The notes beneath the pieces are model-generated. The model was not told the origin of the DNA, did not search any database, and saw only the letters and a program-made list of their open reading frames with translations. A stretch of 64,000 nucleotides of DNA from an uncultured Spirochaetota bacterium (GTDB lineage Bacteria > Spirochaetota > Spirochaetia > SZUA-6 > Fen-1364): the NCBI GenBank assembly GCA_963734545.1, contig CAVTHO010000005.1, positions 256,001 to 320,000 of the forward strand, read 5' to 3'. The position numbers and the translations under genes are program-made. Positions 60,496-64,000 of this stretch are shown here, in pieces; the stretch's first letter is position 1; every line of letters starts with the position of its first letter.

Positions 60496-61337
60496 CCATC
60501 GCCCTCCTGAGCGATTTCGGCACTCGTGACGTCTTTGTAGGAGTGATGAAAGGCGTCATCACGCAGATTGCGCCCCATGCCCGGCTGATCGACCTGACCC
60601 ACGAAATTCCGCCCGGCGATGTGCGCGCGGCGGCACTCAGGTTGTGGCAGGCAGGTCCGTTCATGCCCCGGGGCACGATATTTCTTGCCGTGGTGGACCA
60701 GGGGGTTGGATCCGAGCGCGCAGCAGTGGCCGTCTCCACGGATCGTTTCACATGTGTGGGCCCTGACAACGGTTTGTTCACTTTCCTGCTCTCTCAGGCA
60801 GGCAGGGCCCGCGCCGTAGAAATCAGATCGGACGCCGCTCAGGCAGAGCGCGGCAGCAGCACCTTTCACGGCAGGGACATATTCGCGCCTGCCGCGGCAC
60901 GCCTTGCGGCTGGAACCCCGCTCACCGAGCTGGGGCCGGCTGTAGGAGAGCTGAAGCGGCTTGCCTATCCCCGGCTGGAGCTGCCCGGAAAAGGTGCAGA
61001 CCCACCGAGTGTCCGCGGGGAAATCCTTCTCTCTGACCACTTCGGGAACCTCATCACGAGCATCGGCGTCCTCCGATACACCCGGGACGCGGTGAGACTG
61101 GAGCCATGGATTCCAGAATGCCCCGGGACTCGCCTCCCGCTGGCCAGGCTGGCCGTGCGCCTGGGGACCAGCACGGACATTCCCTTTGTACGGACGTACA
61201 GCGATGTGCCAAGGGGATCGCCCCTTGCGTACGTGGGAAGCAGTGGGCTCCTCGAGGTCGGTGTGAACGACGGCAGAGCTATCGATCTGTTTCAGACCGC
61301 GACCGGAGCCGAGGTGCTTCTGCACCAGGCAGAGTAG
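60492..61337 (+). CDS. SAM hydrolase / chlorinase-fluorinase family (DUF62)
   Basis: LLSDFG, DLTHEI, GPDNG, STFHGRDIFAP, DHFGNLIT; TTG start overlaps the ade stop. Confidence 0.92.
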   Translation: MTIALLSDFGTRDVFVGVMKGVITQIAPHARLIDLTHEIPPGDVRAAALRLWQAGPFMPRGTIFLAVVDQGVGSERAAVAVSTDRFTCVGPDNGLFTFLLSQAGRARAVEIRSDAAQAERGSSTFHGRDIFAPAAARLAAGTPLTELGPAVGELKRLAYPRLELPGKGADPPSVRGEILLSDHFGNLITSIGVLRYTRDAVRLEPWIPECPGTRLPLARLAVRLGTSTDIPFVRTYSDVPRGSPLAYVGSSGLLEVGVNDGRAIDLFQTATGAEVLLHQAE

Positions 61338-61425
61338 CTGGGATAGCCGAGTACCACTGCCGGACTTCTTGACGTCTCCTCTGCTGCTGACTAGGCTTGG
61401 CATTGTATCGCAGAAGGGGGGTGCA

Positions 61426-63330
61426 GTGAAAACTCAAAAGAACCTTCCTTGTGTGTTTTTCGTCATTCTTGTTCCCCTGCTTGTTCTTGGATGCAAGAGC
61501 CTTGCCACGGACGCAGACGGCCGAAACCTGGTTGTCAACCCGGACTTCGAGTCCACGGTCCCCGGCCAAGGGCCGGTCGCGTGGTATACGTGGCAGAAGC
61601 TCGACGGGTCCGCTTTTCGGGTGGTCGATGACCAGAGCCTCGCGCACACCGGAACGAAATGCGTTGCGATAGAGCAGAGCAACGTCGATCAGCGCAACTA
61701 CGCGGTATGGGGGCAGGAAGTTCCGGCCAAGGCCCGCACGACATACAGGTACAGTTTCTGGATCAAGACCGACGATGTCCGGCCGTTGACTCCGTACAAC
61801 GAGGTTTTCCCTTCGTCGGGCGGGACAGTCGGATTCCTCGATTCGAACCGAAAGGAGCTCTCGTCGGAACCGGCATTCCCAGGATCTGCCCGCGTTTTCA
61901 TGACGCACGACTGGCAGAAATTCGAAATCAGCTTTGTCACGCCGAATGAAACCGCATTCGTCAGGATCGGCCTGGCTCTCGGGAACGCGGTCGGTACGGT
62001 CTACTTCGATTCTGTCTCGTTGGGCGTTTCATCCTTCCGGCAAATCCCTTCGCCCCATTGGCTGCGTGATGCGATCATCTATGAATTGGGCCCGTGGGAG
62101 TTTTCGTCATTTAGCGGCAGCAAGGCCTACGCCGGGATCACACGCAAGCTGCCGGAGCTGGAAACCCTTGGCGTGAACCTGTTGTATCTCCTGCCCCTCT
62201 GGGAAGACTCGGGCTGGTACAGGATCACGGATCATTTTACGTTGTTCCGAAAGTATGGCACGGAGCAGGAGCTCAGAGCCCTGGTCGACGAAGCTCATCG
62301 AAGCGGGATGAAAGTGATATTCGACCTCGCGGGGACTGTCGGCGTCCCGCTGGAATCGAGGCTCATACGTGAGCATCCCGAGTGGTTCATTCTCGGCGGC
62401 GACAACACTCGCTACCGCAGCTGGATGGAGCTCTACGGGCTGGATACGAATCACCCCGATGTACAGCAGTATTTCATCGAGTTCGCGAAATACAACGTCG
62501 AACGCTTCGACATCGATGGGTATCGTTGCGACATGCCCATGGTGTCCCCGTACGAAATGTACGAGAGAATAAGGCACGCAATCCAGCAGATCAAGCCTGA
62601 AGCGATCCTGATCGCCGAAGATACCGCCCCTATCGACAACGAGACGGCCTTTGACGCCACATATGATTTTCCCTTCCTGAGTCGGATATCGTCCTTGCTG
62701 TCCGATCCTCATGACGCCGACAAAACCGTTCGGTGGCTGGAGGCGAAAAGAGATTGGTATCCTCCCGGCGCCCTTCACCTGAGGTACCTGGAAAGTCACG
62801 ACCTCACCTACACTATTTCATCGAAATTCGGGTTGGCCGGCTCGCAAGCATTCGCGACTCTTCTTTTCACGATTGACGGGATCCCCATGATCTACAATGG
62901 ACAGGAGGTGGGAAACCGGGAGCCTCAGACCGATTGGTGGAAGCCGCCGATAGACTGGAACGGGAACCCTGACGCTGCACGCTACAGGGAGATGTACACC
63001 ACGCTGACTCACATGCGCGCGCGCTATGCAGCTCTTCGGGAAGGATCGCTGGTTGCTCTTTCCAGCTCCGACGACAGGGTTGCCGCCTTTGCCCGGGTGC
63101 TGCCCGGCGAGCAAACGATCCTGACGGTCATCAATTTCTCGGACTCGACGCTTGATACACGTCTGGATCTCTCTCAGGGAGCGGCAGGGATATCTGGCGG
63201 GCTCGACCTGCTCGACCTGCTCGACAACGCTCGATTCGCGATCACCAACCCTCGGTCTTTTTCCATGACGCTGGAACCCTATCAGTCACGCATCCTTTTG
63301 GTATTGCTGAACGAGCAGAGCACGCAATAG
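61426..63330 (+). CDS. GH13 alpha-amylase family lipoprotein with an N-terminal CBM-like domain
   Basis: Lipobox VLGC, NLVVNPDFE, DGYRCD, IAED, LESHD, PMIYNGQE. Confidence 0.87.
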   Translation: MKTQKNLPCVFFVILVPLLVLGCKSLATDADGRNLVVNPDFESTVPGQGPVAWYTWQKLDGSAFRVVDDQSLAHTGTKCVAIEQSNVDQRNYAVWGQEVPAKARTTYRYSFWIKTDDVRPLTPYNEVFPSSGGTVGFLDSNRKELSSEPAFPGSARVFMTHDWQKFEISFVTPNETAFVRIGLALGNAVGTVYFDSVSLGVSSFRQIPSPHWLRDAIIYELGPWEFSSFSGSKAYAGITRKLPELETLGVNLLYLLPLWEDSGWYRITDHFTLFRKYGTEQELRALVDEAHRSGMKVIFDLAGTVGVPLESRLIREHPEWFILGGDNTRYRSWMELYGLDTNHPDVQQYFIEFAKYNVERFDIDGYRCDMPMVSPYEMYERIRHAIQQIKPEAILIAEDTAPIDNETAFDATYDFPFLSRISSLLSDPHDADKTVRWLEAKRDWYPPGALHLRYLESHDLTYTISSKFGLAGSQAFATLLFTIDGIPMIYNGQEVGNREPQTDWWKPPIDWNGNPDAARYREMYTTLTHMRARYAALREGSLVALSSSDDRVAAFARVLPGEQTILTVINFSDSTLDTRLDLSQGAAGISGGLDLLDLLDNARFAITNPRSFSMTLEPYQSRILLVLLNEQSTQ

Positions 63331-63377
63331 GAAGTGCATCACACCAGGCGTCCATCCAGGGGGAGCTCCCGCCGGGC

Positions 63378-64000
63378 TTAGAGGCCCAGGACGGTGTGAG
63401 GCCTGTAAGGCTCCTCTAGAGTCTTCAGTTGCTCGGCGGTCAGGTTGATGGAAAGGGCATCCACTGCCTGCTCGAGGTGGGGGAGCTTGCTTGCACCCAC
63501 GATCGGCGCCGTGATGTACGGCTTGGAGAGCATCCAGGCGAGCGCCACCTGGGGCATGGTCTTGCCGATTGCCTGCGACACCCCCTTCACGCGATCCACA
63601 ATCGTAAAGTCCTCCGGCTGGTAGTACAGGCGATGCGCGAACTCATCCGACTTGCTGCGGGTGGTGACGCCGCTTTTTTCCTGTGTCCGGTTGCCGGCCA
63701 GGAATCCACGCGCCAGCGGGCTCCAGGGAATGACTCCTATGCCCTGGTCGACGCACAGGGGTATCATCTCCCGCTCTTCTTCCCGGTAGACAAGGTTGTA
63801 GTGATTCTGCATGGACACGAACCGGGTCCAGCCGTGCGCCTCTGCGAGCAGGAGGGCCTTCATGAACTGCCACGCATACATGCTCGATGCCCCGATGTAG
63901 CGGGCCTTGCCGGCGCGCACGACATCGTTCAGCGCCTGCAGCGTCTCTTCGAGAGGGGTGTCGGCGTCCCAGCGATGAATCTGGTAGAGGTCCACATACT
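63378..64000 (-). CDS. Aldo/keto reductase, 5' end beyond the window
   Basis: DLYQIHRWD, RYIGASSM, MQNHYNLVYREEE, PWSPLARG. Confidence 0.92.
   Translation of the reverse strand, partial: YVDLYQIHRWDADTPLEETLQALNDVVRAGKARYIGASSMYAWQFMKALLLAEAHGWTRFVSMQNHYNLVYREEEREMIPLCVDQGIGVIPWSPLARGFLAGNRTQEKSGVTTRSKSDEFAHRLYYQPEDFTIVDRVKGVSQAIGKTMPQVALAWMLSKPYITAPIVGASKLPHLEQAVDALSINLTAEQLKTLEEPYRPHTVLGL

Noticed and set aside
60492-61337. Fluorinase or chlorinase activity
   Set aside because: It retains TFHGRD typical of DUF62 hydrolases and has no biosynthetic cluster context.
58237-61403. Long antisense ORFs (for example 742 aa, 520 aa, and 6074..7774, 51605..53266)
   Set aside because: Shadow frames of real genes in high-GC DNA, with no family motifs.

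Overview
High-GC bacterial DNA made up almost entirely of housekeeping and metabolic genes. The TatT-type TRAP cluster, TPR lipoproteins and LacI-domain histidine kinase suggest a free-living Spirochaetia genome (inference). About 56 genes are present: sugar ABC systems, an mrp-sdhB-lipA-reductase operon, GH4/GH3/GH13 hydrolases, glnS, an adenylate cyclase, a split purH with an archaeal-type glyA, a PadR/HAAS pair and a purine-salvage operon. I saw no tRNA, rRNA, CRISPR array, transposase or phage genes. About ten single-base frameshifts interrupt ordinary genes and look like long-read consensus errors. The most striking observation is a dispersed repeat family with a 24-bp unit (core GTACCGCGGCGCC...AATCCGC). 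It sits in frame inside three unrelated proteins, in both orientations, and once between genes. Other candidates: a J-domain protein with four MshEN-like repeats, an orphan SdhB coupled to LipA, an unannotated long-hairpin RNA behind a near-consensus promoter, and a fungal-type purine phosphoribosyltransferase. All alignments and folds were done by eye.
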